64,000 nt of DNA from an uncultured Alphaproteobacteria bacterium (GTDB taxonomy: Bacteria; Pseudomonadota; Alphaproteobacteria; GCA-2731375): NCBI GenBank assembly GCA_951812805.1, contig CATOSZ010000007.1, positions 13,959-77,958 of the forward strand. The letters are read 5' to 3'. Shown here piece by piece: positions 1 through 8,665 of this stretch (positions are counted from its first letter, which is position 1; the number at the start of each line of letters is the position of its first letter). The translations under genes were made by a program, and so were the position numbers. The notes below the pieces were generated by a model. That model did not search any database, was not told the origin of the DNA, and saw only the letters and a list, made by a program, of their open reading frames with translations.

Positions 1-1420
1 CGGTGGACGAATGGCTGCCTGATCGTCATCTGGCGCGCTTCGTGGTCGATGTGCTGGAGCAGCTGGATCTCTCTGCGTTCGTGAAGGCCTATCGTGGTTC
101 GGGCTCGGCGGCGCATCACCCGAGCGTCCTGCTGGGCCTGCTGATCTACGGCTACGCGACGGGGGTGCATTCCAGCCGGAAGCTGGAGCGGGCGAGCTAT
201 GATTCGGTGGCCTTCCGCTTCATCGCGGCAAACGACCACCCCGACCACGACACGATCGCCACGTTCCGCCGTCGCTTCCTGCCGCTGATCGAGGGGCTGT
301 TCGTGCAGGTTCTGCTGCTGGCGCGGCAGGCCGGCATGCTGCAACTGGGCACGGTGGCGCTGGACGGGACGAAGATCCATGCCGACGCGAGCCGGCACAG
401 CGCCCTGTCGTGGCAGCGTGCGGGCGAGATCGAAGCCCGGCTGCGGGCCGAGGTGGCGGAGTTGATGGCGTTGGCGGAAGCGGCGGACCGGTCCGAGGTT
501 CCCGACGGCATGAGCGTGCCGGAGGAGCTGGCACGGCGCGAGGACCGGCTGGCGGCGATCGCCGCGGCGAAGGCGGAGATCGAGGCGCGGGCGGCCGAGC
601 GTCATGCGCGGGAGCAGGCGGAGTACGAAGAGAAGCTGGCAGCCCGCGAGGCGAAGGAAACGCGGACCGGCCGCAAGCCGGGCGGGCGGCCACCGAAGCC
701 GCCGGAGCCGGGGCCACGGGCGAAGGACCAGGTCAACCTGACGGACCCGGACTCGCGCATCATGCCGGTGGCCGGCGGCGGCTTCGAGCAGTGCTACAAC
801 GCCCAGGCTGCGGTGGCCGCCGGCAGCCTGCTGGTGGTCAGCGCCGACGTGGTGCAGGCGGCGAACGACAAGCAGCAGATCGAACCGACGCTCGAAGCAC
901 TCGCCGGCCTGCCGGACGGGCTTGGCGAGGTCGAGACCCTGTTGGCGGACAGCGGCTACTTCAGCCAGGCCAACGTCGAGGCCTGCGGGGAAGCGGAGAT
1001 CGCGCCGCTGATCGCGCTCGGCCGGGAGCACCACCATCTTTCCTGGCGGGACCGCTTCGCCGAGGCGCCGCCAGCGCCCGAGGATCCGACGCCGCTCGAG
1101 GCGATGTGCCATCGCCTGGCCACACCCGAGGGCCGGGCGCTCTACGCGCTTCGCAAGCAGACGCCGGAGCCGGTGTTCGGCATCATCAAATCGGTGATGG
1201 GCTTGCGTCAGTTCAGCCTGCGCGGCCTCGACAAGGCGAAGGGGGAATGGACCTTGGCCACGCTCTCCTGGAACATCAAGCGGATGTTCGTCCTCAGCCA
1301 CGCCTGAACGGGCGGGCCAACCCGCGTTCGCAACTTCATGGGGGTAAATCCATGACATCGACGCCCGCCAAGCCAATCTTACCAATCCTTGCATGCCCGA
1401 GTCCGACAGGCTGCTAGCGT
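1..1420 (+). mobile_element. IS1182/IS5-like insertion sequence; left part lies outside the window and the right boundary is approximate
   Basis: Contains the 5'-truncated transposase ORF 3..1307, followed by about 110 nt of non-coding tail before the tandem array. The IRs cannot be paired because the left end is off-window. Confidence 0.5.
3..1307 (+). CDS. IS1182-group (IS5-superfamily) DDE transposase, 5' partial
   Basis: 434-aa ORF running off the window edge. Motifs: LPDRHLARFVVD, SSRKLERA, AFRFIAANDHPDHDTIATFRRR, ALDGTKIHADAS, LLADSGYFS, FGIIKSVMGLRQFSLRGL..A..EW. Confidence 0.85.
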   Translation: MDEWLPDRHLARFVVDVLEQLDLSAFVKAYRGSGSAAHHPSVLLGLLIYGYATGVHSSRKLERASYDSVAFRFIAANDHPDHDTIATFRRRFLPLIEGLFVQVLLLARQAGMLQLGTVALDGTKIHADASRHSALSWQRAGEIEARLRAEVAELMALAEAADRSEVPDGMSVPEELARREDRLAAIAAAKAEIEARAAERHAREQAEYEEKLAAREAKETRTGRKPGGRPPKPPEPGPRAKDQVNLTDPDSRIMPVAGGGFEQCYNAQAAVAAGSLLVVSADVVQAANDKQQIEPTLEALAGLPDGLGEVETLLADSGYFSQANVEACGEAEIAPLIALGREHHHLSWRDRFAEAPPAPEDPTPLEAMCHRLATPEGRALYALRKQTPEPVFGIIKSVMGLRQFSLRGLDKAKGEWTLATLSWNIKRMFVLSHA

Positions 1421-1427
1421 TTAGCAA

Positions 1428-1566
1428 GAGGCCCCGTGAAGAGGCCCCGTGAAGAGGCCCCGTGAAGAGGCCCCGTGAAGAGGCCCCGTGAAGAGGCCCC
1501 GTGAAGAGGCCCCGTGAAGAGGCCCCGTGAAGAGGCCCCGTGAAGAGGCCCCGTGAAGAGGCCCCG
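1428..1566. repeat. Perfect tandem array of a 13-bp unit GAGGCCCCGTGAA (10 full copies plus a partial one)
   Basis: Read directly from the sequence. The unit length is not a multiple of 3 and the unit contains TGA, so every plus-strand frame closes within 39 nt. Confidence 0.95.
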
Positions 1567-1690
1567 AGCTTATGGCTCCAAGGGACCAGTAGTCAATACG
1601 GATATCGCTAATGTACGGGTGTTTCGTCGTCGTCTTCGAAACGACGTTTCAGCCCGCTCGTGCCGCGCTGCAACCCGCAGCCGGCACCGC

Positions 1691-1796
1691 GCATCGGAGG
1701 GGAACCCGAGCGAGGCTGGAGGGCCGCCTGGAGACCGCAGCGGGCTCGCCTCTCTCAACATCAGTCTCGGAGACAATCCACCATGAGCCACGCCGT
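1691..1796 (+). repeat. Diverged copy of the serine-recombinase leader and first codons (copy 1)
   Basis: Aligns with 3704-3810, including the GGAGACAATCC(A/G)CCATGA(G/A)CCA segment. The ATG at 1783 opens only a 16-codon ORF. Confidence 0.7.
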
Positions 1797-2023
1797 CGGC
1801 TGGCCCTGGCTGACGCCTTTCTCCAGGGTTTGAGCGAAACTGCGGAGCAGTTGAGCGACCTGGAGAAATGGTGCCGGATCCTCAGCCGCGCCTTGATCAA
1901 GTACCTCCACGGTCGCGTCATCCGCCCGCCGCCTGGCTATCTGCCGGCGTGAGGCCGCAACCACAGCTTGAAAATCAAACCAAAACCAAGCCGGAGCATG
2001 ACCCGCAACTCACGGATTTAGGT

Positions 2024-3484
2024 TCAATTTTTTGTTCGAAATGCTTGTCGCTCTTCGTCAAGTTTCAATTCCCGCCACATCCAGGACATATCGTAGGGCT
2101 TGTGGCCATGTTGACTGGCGAGGCGGTATTCACTGTTCTCAAGATACTTGAGCCACTCGATCACCTGCGCACGGCTCTTCTTGGTCTTTACCGCCTGGCG
2201 CGGCGTCTTGCCGTCGAGCATGGGCAAGGGATCGTCTAGCGCGCGCCGATAATGATCGTCCTGGTATTCGCGCATGATCTCGGCGGCGGCCTCGGGTGGG
2301 ACTTCATCATCCTTCTCCGCCCGAGGATCTACTGATCTGTCCAGCATCCGCTCGATGTCTTCGTGCGAGGTCAGAGGAGGGCCAACGAGTGGGCCTAGAT
2401 GGGATGCCAGAAGATCCCGGCCCCTCTCGGCTCGCTCCCTGGAGTTCGTTCTCAACAGCACGGTTCCGTTCTTGACCTCGATGTCACCGAGAGACGTGCG
2501 ACCGCTGTCGTCCATGGATTGCAAGGCCAGGTTCTCGTGTTTCTTGGCGGATATTCTTCGCGAGGGAGAACCTCGACCGTGCCACGTCCAACTCGCCCCC
2601 ACCGGCGCGTCCCGTTCAATGTCCGCGATGCTGTCAATGACGGTTGTCACCCTTGCCTCGTCCCCGGCAATGGGAAAACGAACCTCGGAAATCACGATCT
2701 CGTCGCCGTCGGTGTTTCGGATTTCCGGCAGGGGAGCATGGATCCGTTCGAGCACATCTGTCAGCCACGCGTGGGTAAACATGCTGGCCCCTGAGCTCTT
2801 CAGAAGCATCCCCTTCATGTCCTGACCGTCGTACACCGGTTTTCCACCCTGTTTCTTCGCTTCTCTGCGCAGCTTGGCCTTGACAGCTTTCGCTGTTTCC
2901 TCGAAAGCCGACAGAAACGTGTTCGACGATTCGTGAGACAGCAGCAGCATGCCGCCCGTGAAGTAAAGCTTCTTGTTGACCTTAATCAGGCGTGCCGCGA
3001 CACGGTCCCACCGGACAGCGCTCTCCGACCCCATCTTTTCCTCGATGGTCACCGGGTCGCCGCCCCGGATCAGATCCCGAACCGTCATGGTCCTTCCTGG
3101 ATCGATGTCGATGACTTCATAGAGAGAGATCGTGGACTCCCGGATTGCCGCAAGATAGCGCTTGGCCGGAACCGTCTCGCGCCAGCCCCGGCGTTTCAGG
3201 TAGTCGTCGATGACATTGCGTTCGCCATCGTCACCGGACCGGGCGGTGAAAAAGTCCTCCAGGATCACCGCGTACAGCATGTCGAAAGCCTCGCCCAGCG
3301 TTTCAGCGAGTTCTTCGTCCGTCATATCGAACCTGTCGGCGATGGGATTCAGGTGGCTGGCGAATACCGATTCGAGAAACGGCCCCCAATCGTCCTTGGT
3401 GGACCACTTGACGAGATTGCCGATAGCTCGATCGGCGCCTGGTATGCGCATGCTGTAATCCCGCGATTGAGAATCGAACGACAC
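2024..3484 (-). CDS. Hypothetical protein, 486 aa; family not assigned
   Basis: Long ORF with protein-like, non-GC-skewed composition. Local GC is visibly lower than in the neighbours. The C-terminal tail is LDGKTPRQAVKTKKSRAQVIEWLKYLE. The upstream region 3485-3620 is AT-richer. Confidence 0.75.
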   Translation of the reverse strand: MSFDSQSRDYSMRIPGADRAIGNLVKWSTKDDWGPFLESVFASHLNPIADRFDMTDEELAETLGEAFDMLYAVILEDFFTARSGDDGERNVIDDYLKRRGWRETVPAKRYLAAIRESTISLYEVIDIDPGRTMTVRDLIRGGDPVTIEEKMGSESAVRWDRVAARLIKVNKKLYFTGGMLLLSHESSNTFLSAFEETAKAVKAKLRREAKKQGGKPVYDGQDMKGMLLKSSGASMFTHAWLTDVLERIHAPLPEIRNTDGDEIVISEVRFPIAGDEARVTTVIDSIADIERDAPVGASWTWHGRGSPSRRISAKKHENLALQSMDDSGRTSLGDIEVKNGTVLLRTNSRERAERGRDLLASHLGPLVGPPLTSHEDIERMLDRSVDPRAEKDDEVPPEAAAEIMREYQDDHYRRALDDPLPMLDGKTPRQAVKTKKSRAQVIEWLKYLENSEYRLASQHGHKPYDMSWMWRELKLDEERQAFRTKN

Positions 3485-3703
3485 TCCTTGCAGGGTAGTC
3501 GAAACCGGCCGGTCGGCAAAGCGGGGGCCGAAGCTAACGGTCTATCGAGCCAGTAGAATTTGGAATGCCTTGGAAATCATACTGTCACCCTAATCCAGGG
3601 ACATTGCGAAGCTTGAATATCAGAACTCTCTCGCAGTCCTGAGGAGGCCGGGTGTGCTCGAAAACAGCCCCCTAATCACGCGAAAATGCTGCCATGCCCG
3701 CCG

Positions 3704-3810
3704 GCAGTCGGAGCGGAGCCTGAGCGAAGCTGGAGGGCCGCCCGGAGACCGGCGCGGGCATTCTTCCATCCACAACAGCCTCGGAGACAATCCGCCATGA
3801 ACCATGCGAT
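3704..3810 (+). repeat. Serine-recombinase leader (copy 2 of the 1691-1796 repeat)
   Basis: About 105-nt alignment with copy 1. Contains the SD GGAGA (3783-3787) and the ATG at 3797. Confidence 0.7.
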
Positions 3811-5377
3811 CATGCCGACCACGCCTGCCCGCACGACACAGCGTTACGCCATCTATGCCCGCTACTCTTCCCACCTCCAGGATCCGCGCTCCATCCCGGA
3901 CCAGATCGCCCTCTGCGAGGAACGCATCCGCGCGCGCGGCGGCACCGTCGCCGGCATCTATACCGATTCCACCTCGACCGGCCAGACCCTCCACGAACGT
4001 CCCGGCCTCGCGCAAATGCTCCAGGACGCCAAGGCCGGCCTCTTCGACGCCATCTACACCGAAGCCCTCGACCGGATCAGCCGCATACAGACCGACACCT
4101 CCGGCATCTACGACCGCCTCGTGTTTCACGATCTCGACCTCGTCACCATCGAGGAAGGCGAAGTCCAGCCCATTCACATCGCCTTCAAGGGCGTCATGAA
4201 CCAGGGCCAACTCGTCGCCCTCGCCAGCAAGACCCGGCGCGGCCAGATGGGCCGTGTCCGAGAGGGCAGGGCCGGCGGCGGGCTCGGCTACGGATACAAC
4301 GTCGCCAACAGAGTAGGCCCCGACGGCCAGCTCACCCGTGGCCTGCGCACCGTGAACCGCAAACAAGCCGAAGTCGTCCGCCGCATCTTTCGCCTCTATG
4401 CCGACGGCGCCAGTCCGCGCCACATCGCCGCCCTGCTCAACGCCGATGGCATCCCCGGACCGCGCAAGGGCCTCTGGACCGCCTACACCGTCAACGGCCG
4501 GCCCCGGCGCGGCACCGGCATCCTCAACAACGAACTCTATCGCGGCCGCCTCGTCTTCAATCGCACCCGCAAGAAACGAAACCCCGACACCGGCAAGCGC
4601 GTCGCCCGCGATAATCCGCCCGCCGAATGGATCGTGACCGACGTCCCCAACCTGCGCATCGTCGACGACGCGCTCTGGGACGCCGTCCAGATCCGACGCC
4701 TCAAGGGCTACGACCGCCGCCAGGCCCACGCCACGCGCGTCCCCCTGCCGCTCAGCCCTCTGCTCCACTGCGCCGTCTGCGGCGGCTCCATGAGCGTCAT
4801 CAACAAGGGGCGCTACGGCTGCACCAATCGCCGCCAGAGCGGCACCTGCGAGATGAACCGGCGCATCGCCGTCGATGTCGTGGAACGGCACGCCATGGAG
4901 AGCCTGCACCGGCAACTCTCGCGGCAGCAGGATTGGCCCGCCCTGCTGGCCGAAGCCGCCGCCGCCAGGCAGGCCGCCCGCGAGGCCATGGCCGAACACA
5001 TGGCCGCCAACCAGCGCCACATCGCCAATATCGTCTCGGCCATCCAGGAGGGCACCGCGGCCCAGAGCTTGCACCGCCAGCTATTGACACTGGAAAACAC
5101 CGAGGCCCGGCTGAAATACGAATACGCCGCGCTCGCCAGCCCGCCCACCGTCGATCCCGACGTGCTGACGGCACGGTTGCTGGATAAACTCGACACGCTC
5201 GCCGCCGCCATCGCCAACGCGCGCGCGCCGGTCAAGCGGCATGACGCGCTGATGACCCTCTCCACGTTGATCGAACGCATCGTCGCCGCGCCCGATCCGG
5301 ACAATCGTTACGACATGAACCTCACCGTCACCCCCCGCACGGACGGATTGGTCGACCTGGCCATTGCCGCCGCGTAG
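3797..5377 (+). CDS. Large serine recombinase (resolvase domain, recombinase domain and zinc ribbon)
   Basis: The N-terminus RYAIYARYSS..QD..SI.DQ carries the catalytic Ser context. Also seen: EALDRISR, GYGY, LYRGRLVFNR and the CAVCGG....GRYGC zinc-ribbon motif. The start was chosen at an ATG with a GGAGA 10 nt upstream, inside the longer ORF 3686..5377. Confidence 0.9.
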   Translation: MNHAIMPTTPARTTQRYAIYARYSSHLQDPRSIPDQIALCEERIRARGGTVAGIYTDSTSTGQTLHERPGLAQMLQDAKAGLFDAIYTEALDRISRIQTDTSGIYDRLVFHDLDLVTIEEGEVQPIHIAFKGVMNQGQLVALASKTRRGQMGRVREGRAGGGLGYGYNVANRVGPDGQLTRGLRTVNRKQAEVVRRIFRLYADGASPRHIAALLNADGIPGPRKGLWTAYTVNGRPRRGTGILNNELYRGRLVFNRTRKKRNPDTGKRVARDNPPAEWIVTDVPNLRIVDDALWDAVQIRRLKGYDRRQAHATRVPLPLSPLLHCAVCGGSMSVINKGRYGCTNRRQSGTCEMNRRIAVDVVERHAMESLHRQLSRQQDWPALLAEAAAARQAAREAMAEHMAANQRHIANIVSAIQEGTAAQSLHRQLLTLENTEARLKYEYAALASPPTVDPDVLTARLLDKLDTLAAAIANARAPVKRHDALMTLSTLIERIVAAPDPDNRYDMNLTVTPRTDGLVDLAIAAA

Positions 5378-5420
5378 ACGGCCAACCGGAAATCGCAAAC
5401 CAGCATGAACAGCGGCACGG

Positions 5421-5456
5421 AAGGGGGAGGAACGGAGAGATTCGTTCCTCCCCCTT
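5421..5456. terminator. Perfect 14-bp stem hairpin between convergent genes
   Basis: AAGGGGGAGGAACG-gagagatt-CGTTCCTCCCCCTT lies between the recombinase stop (5377) and the parB-like stop (5460). There is no clear U-tract. Confidence 0.55.
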
Positions 5457-5459
5457 GCT

Positions 5460-6419
5460 TCACGCCTCCCGGCACACCTCATCCCGGAACCGCCGCCGGG
5501 CTTCGGGACACGCCTTCCGCCAGGCCCGGCGTAGCGCCTCCAGCTGCGCCGCCTCCGATGACCTCGCCCTGCCGCTCGCCGCCTTGCCGTCGATCGCCGA
5601 CAAGGCCTTGTCCAGCGTCGCCGACCCCGGCATCGACGCGCAAACTCCCGCCACCACGCGCTGGCGCGCGCGCGACAGTTTCGACAGGCGGTGCAGATCC
5701 CCCTCCCGGTCCGCCAATGCCGTCCCGGCAAGCGCTTCGGCGGCCTCGTCGTCGATGCCTTCGCCGATCGCCACCGCGCGGCGAACCGCGCGCGACGTCA
5801 GCCCCATCTTCGCGCTCGCATCGTCGGCGAAGGATCGGATGGAAATGTTTTCCATCCGATTTTTCTCCGCGAATTCAATGCTCTTGCGGTCTCCCCCATT
5901 GCATGCTTCGGGAAACAGCCGCTCGTACACCGCCTTGCGCGCCGCCAGGAACCGCGCCCGGTCCAGCGCCGTCAACTCGGCCCGGGCCAGGTTCTCGTCG
6001 ATCTCCATCAAACGCACTTCGTCCGGCGTGCCGTCCACGATCATCGCCTCGATCTCCGTCCAGCCCAACACCCGCGCCGCCGCCAACCGGTGCGCGCCCG
6101 CCACCAGGGCGAACACCCCCGCGTCGGACGCCCCCCAGGCATGGGGACGCGTCGTATCCGCCTCCCGCCAGGGGCGCAGCAGCACCGGCGATTGCAGGCC
6201 GATGTCCCGCATCGAGGCGGCAATGGTCTCGATCTTCGCTTCATCGAGACCCAGCCGCAAGCGGTCCTCGACCCGGATCGCCGCCAGCGCCACCGACAGC
6301 GTCCGCCGGGGACGCGCCGTTTCCAGTTCGCTCTGTTCGGCTTGGCCTTCCCCATTGCCCGTCCTTGCTTCCGGCGATAGCGAGCGGAACGCTTCCGCCA
6401 AGTTCCGTTGTTTCGTCAT
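5460..6419 (-). CDS. ParB-like nuclease domain protein
   Basis: Motifs: IGLQSPVLLRP and ALVAGAHRLAAARVLGWTEIEA. The start ATG overlaps the parA stop (ATGA at 6416-6419). The annotated ORF 5460..6893 is a high-GC upstream extension. Confidence 0.85.
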   Translation of the reverse strand: MTKQRNLAEAFRSLSPEARTGNGEGQAEQSELETARPRRTLSVALAAIRVEDRLRLGLDEAKIETIAASMRDIGLQSPVLLRPWREADTTRPHAWGASDAGVFALVAGAHRLAAARVLGWTEIEAMIVDGTPDEVRLMEIDENLARAELTALDRARFLAARKAVYERLFPEACNGGDRKSIEFAEKNRMENISIRSFADDASAKMGLTSRAVRRAVAIGEGIDDEAAEALAGTALADREGDLHRLSKLSRARQRVVAGVCASMPGSATLDKALSAIDGKAASGRARSSEAAQLEALRRAWRKACPEARRRFRDEVCREA

Positions 6420-7141
6420 GCCAGCCTCCCTTCGTTGTTCTTCGCCGTCGCCCGCACGGCGGGATGGGCCAACAATCGATCCAGCAGCGCCAGAACCTCC
6501 CCCGCCGCCTTGCCACGGGGCGCGTACTCCACCACGCCTTGGCCCGCCGTCAGGGCATGCACGAAGGCGGCGCGCTGTCCGAGAGGCGGCGCCACCGCGT
6601 CCAGGCCCAGGTTCGCCAGCGCCGCCGCCGTCTCCGCCGCCAACCGGCCCCGCGCCGGCGCCGCGTTCACCACCGCCACCGCCGGAACATTTGCCAGCCG
6701 GGCCATGTCCAGGCTGTCGGTGACCGCGCAGAGATCGAACAACGCCGGGCGGCAGGGAATGACCACCAGATCGGCCGCCCGCGCCGCCGTCAACGCCGCC
6801 CCCTCCGCGTGCGGCGCCGTGTCGATCAGCGCCAGGGCGATGCCGTCCTCGGCCGCCTCGCCCAGCACACGCTCGACATGACGCGCCGGGCAATGCCGGA
6901 CCACCGGCGATGTGGCGCCACGGACCTCCGCCCAGGCGCTGGCCGAGGCCTGCGGGTCCACGTCCAGCACCGCCGAGGGGAGACCGCGCGCTTGCGCCGC
7001 CACCGCCAGATTGACCGCCAGCGTCGTCTTGCCCGCCCCGCCCTTGCGCGAGAGCACCGCCAACCGGCGAAGTCCGCCCGGGGGTTGTGTATTCCGCGCC
7101 AGGGGGCGCGGGAAGGGGTGAATGTTGTGGGTCTTCGTCAT
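6416..7141 (-). CDS. parA: ParA/MinD-type partition ATPase
   Basis: Deviant Walker A SRKGGAGKTTLAVNLA. Also VLDVDPQASA and LIDTAP. The start overlaps the upstream gene's stop (ATGA at 7138-7141). Confidence 0.9.
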   Translation of the reverse strand: MTKTHNIHPFPRPLARNTQPPGGLRRLAVLSRKGGAGKTTLAVNLAVAAQARGLPSAVLDVDPQASASAWAEVRGATSPVVRHCPARHVERVLGEAAEDGIALALIDTAPHAEGAALTAARAADLVVIPCRPALFDLCAVTDSLDMARLANVPAVAVVNAAPARGRLAAETAAALANLGLDAVAPPLGQRAAFVHALTAGQGVVEYAPRGKAAGEVLALLDRLLAHPAVRATAKNNEGRLA

Positions 7142-7710
7142 CGGTTCTGTTCCTTTCCCGTGGTTGTGTTGAGCAGGCCGTACACGGAGCGGGCGAGATG
7201 CAGCTCCCCCGTCCCGGCCCGCGCCGTCAGTGCGCGCAAGTAGCCGCCGGGGCGGCGCACCTCGCCCCGGTGGTGCTTGGCGGCGACGACGATCACCGCC
7301 ATCGCCGCCCCCTCCCGGCCCATTGCCCGGCAGGCCTCCCCCCAGGCATGGGGCGAGATGCCGAGTTCGGCGGCGTGCTCGCCCGCCGCGTCGATCAACG
7401 AGGACCAGGAGGGATGTTCATCGAGCGGCAGCCGATGGCGCAGGCCCGGCGGCAGGATCGCCAGCAGGTTGTCCCACGACACCCGGGGCCGGGGCACATC
7501 CCCGTGCCGGCCCCCTTCCTCTCCGCCGCGCCCCGGCGGGTGCCGGTGAGCCGCCACCGCCGCGCCCCCTTCGTCCCTTGCCGGCCCGGCGGCCGCTTCG
7601 CCGCCGCTTACCGGTATTCCTTGATCAGGAACTAGGTTTGTATTGTCATCTAATGGTGGCGGACACGGATGTCCGCCAGGGCGGACATATCGGTCCCCCG
7701 TGGCGGACAT
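7138..7710 (-). CDS. RepC C-terminal-domain-like protein (plasmid replication-associated); start uncertain, possibly a truncated remnant
   Basis: LGISPHAWGEACRAMGREGAAMAVIVVA......RRPGGYLRALTARAGTGELHL matches the RepC C-terminal pattern. A GTG at 7557 with a GAAGGGGG SD is an alternative start. The ORF-track extension to 8307 runs into the IS21 element. Confidence 0.6.
   Translation of the reverse strand: MSATGDRYVRPGGHPCPPPLDDNTNLVPDQGIPVSGGEAAAGPARDEGGAAVAAHRHPPGRGGEEGGRHGDVPRPRVSWDNLLAILPPGLRHRLPLDEHPSWSSLIDAAGEHAAELGISPHAWGEACRAMGREGAAMAVIVVAAKHHRGEVRRPGGYLRALTARAGTGELHLARSVYGLLNTTTGKEQNR
7657..7710. promoter_or_regulatory. Phased GGCGGACA(T) repeats (iteron- or operator-like)
   Basis: Direct copies start at 7658, 7680 and 7702, exactly 22 nt apart. 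There is also an inverted copy forming the palindrome TGGCGGACA-cgga-TGTCCGCCA (7657-7678). An AT-richer stretch lies at 7620-7656. Confidence 0.55.
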
Positions 7711-7871
7711 ATTGGCCGGCAAGTCATTGTCGTCGTTGGGGGAATTGTCCCCGGGCGGGTCCACGGTGCGGATTTCGGTAGTTCCGGACGGCGGTTTCAG
7801 TAAGTCCTGGCCACCGATTTCATAAAGTCCCGGCCGGTTCCGGGAGTTTGGCTTCGGGTGCCTTGTTGCCG

Positions 7872-8648
7872 TCAGTCGGGATTGTTTTCCGTTGTGGTTG
7901 GCTGGGTCAAGTCGGTCGTCGATTTCTTCTTTCGCATGCTGTCGCCTTTCAAGCCGATGCGGTGGGCGTTGTGGATGACGCGGTCGAGGATGGCGTCGGC
8001 GATGGTGGCCTCGCCGATCAGGTCGTGCCAGGCGGTCACGGGGATCTGCGCGGTGATGAGGGTTGAGCGTCGGTGGTATCGTTCCTCGCAGATTTCCAGG
8101 AGATCGAGGCGCTGGCGGTCGGTCAGGCCATGGGTTCCCCAGTCGTCGAGGACGAGCAGCTGGACCCGGGCGAGGCGGTCGATCAGGCGGGGCAGCCGGC
8201 CGTCGAGGCGGGCCATGGCGAGGTCCTCGAAGAGCCTGGGCATGCGGACGTAGAGGACGGAATGATCGAGCCTGGCGGCCTGATGGGCGATGGCACAGGC
8301 GAGCCATGTCTTGCCGGTTCCGGTCTGGCCGGTGACGATGAGGTTCTCGTGTGCCTTGAGCCAGACGCCCTGGGCGAGAGAGAGGACGGCGCGGCGGTCG
8401 AGGCCTCGTTCGGCGGCGAAGTCGATGTCCTCGATGCAGGCCTCGGGGAAGCGTAGCCTGGCCTGTCTGAGGCGGTTGGCGAGGCGCTTGTCGGCGCGGG
8501 TGGCGGCCTCGCGGTCGAGCATGAGGGCGAGCCAGTCCTCGCGGTTCAATTCCGATGATTGGCCTCGCTCGGCCATGTCGCGGTAAGCCTCTGCCATGCC
8601 CTTGAAGCCGAGGGCCTGCATCTGGTCGAGGGTCGGGTGTGTCAGCAT
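7872..8648 (-). CDS. istB: IS21-family helper ATPase IstB
   Basis: Walker [12 protein letters not shown] and Walker B LLVLDDWG. 258 aa from the ATG at 8648. Confidence 0.9.
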   Translation of the reverse strand: MLTHPTLDQMQALGFKGMAEAYRDMAERGQSSELNREDWLALMLDREAATRADKRLANRLRQARLRFPEACIEDIDFAAERGLDRRAVLSLAQGVWLKAHENLIVTGQTGTGKTWLACAIAHQAARLDHSVLYVRMPRLFEDLAMARLDGRLPRLIDRLARVQLLVLDDWGTHGLTDRQRLDLLEICEERYHRRSTLITAQIPVTAWHDLIGEATIADAILDRVIHNAHRIGLKGDSMRKKKSTTDLTQPTTTENNPD

Positions 8649-8665
8649 GAGGTGTCTTCTCCTGG

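Noticed and set aside
1428-1566. The tandem array as a possible CRISPR locus.
   Set aside because: The units are contiguous with no spacers, the unit is only 13 bp, and no cas genes are present.
1611-1952. The 113-aa ORF whose tail (..LSDLEKWCRILSRALIKYLHGRVIRPPPGYLPA) looks protein-like, considered as a remnant of a recombinase C-terminus.
   Set aside because: Similarity to the C-terminus of 3797..5377 is too weak to claim by eye, and the N-terminal two thirds overlap the repeat/leader copy. Left unannotated; mentioned only as a possibility.
3620-5074. Long antisense or alternative-frame ORFs. Examples: 3620..5074(-), 5405..7243(+), 10331..12217(-), 19691..20905(-), 29251..31779(+), 45980..48226(-), 46741..49317(+), 57432..59084(+).
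   Set aside because: They overlap genes with clear family motifs. Their translations are Arg/Gly/Pro/Ala-dominated with no recognisable domains, which is typical of shadow ORFs in high-GC DNA.
7138-8307. The 389-aa ORF as a full-length replication protein.
   Set aside because: Everything upstream of about 7766 lies inside the IS21 element, antisense to istB, and is Pro/Arg-rich junk. Only the C-terminal ~190 codons are plausible.
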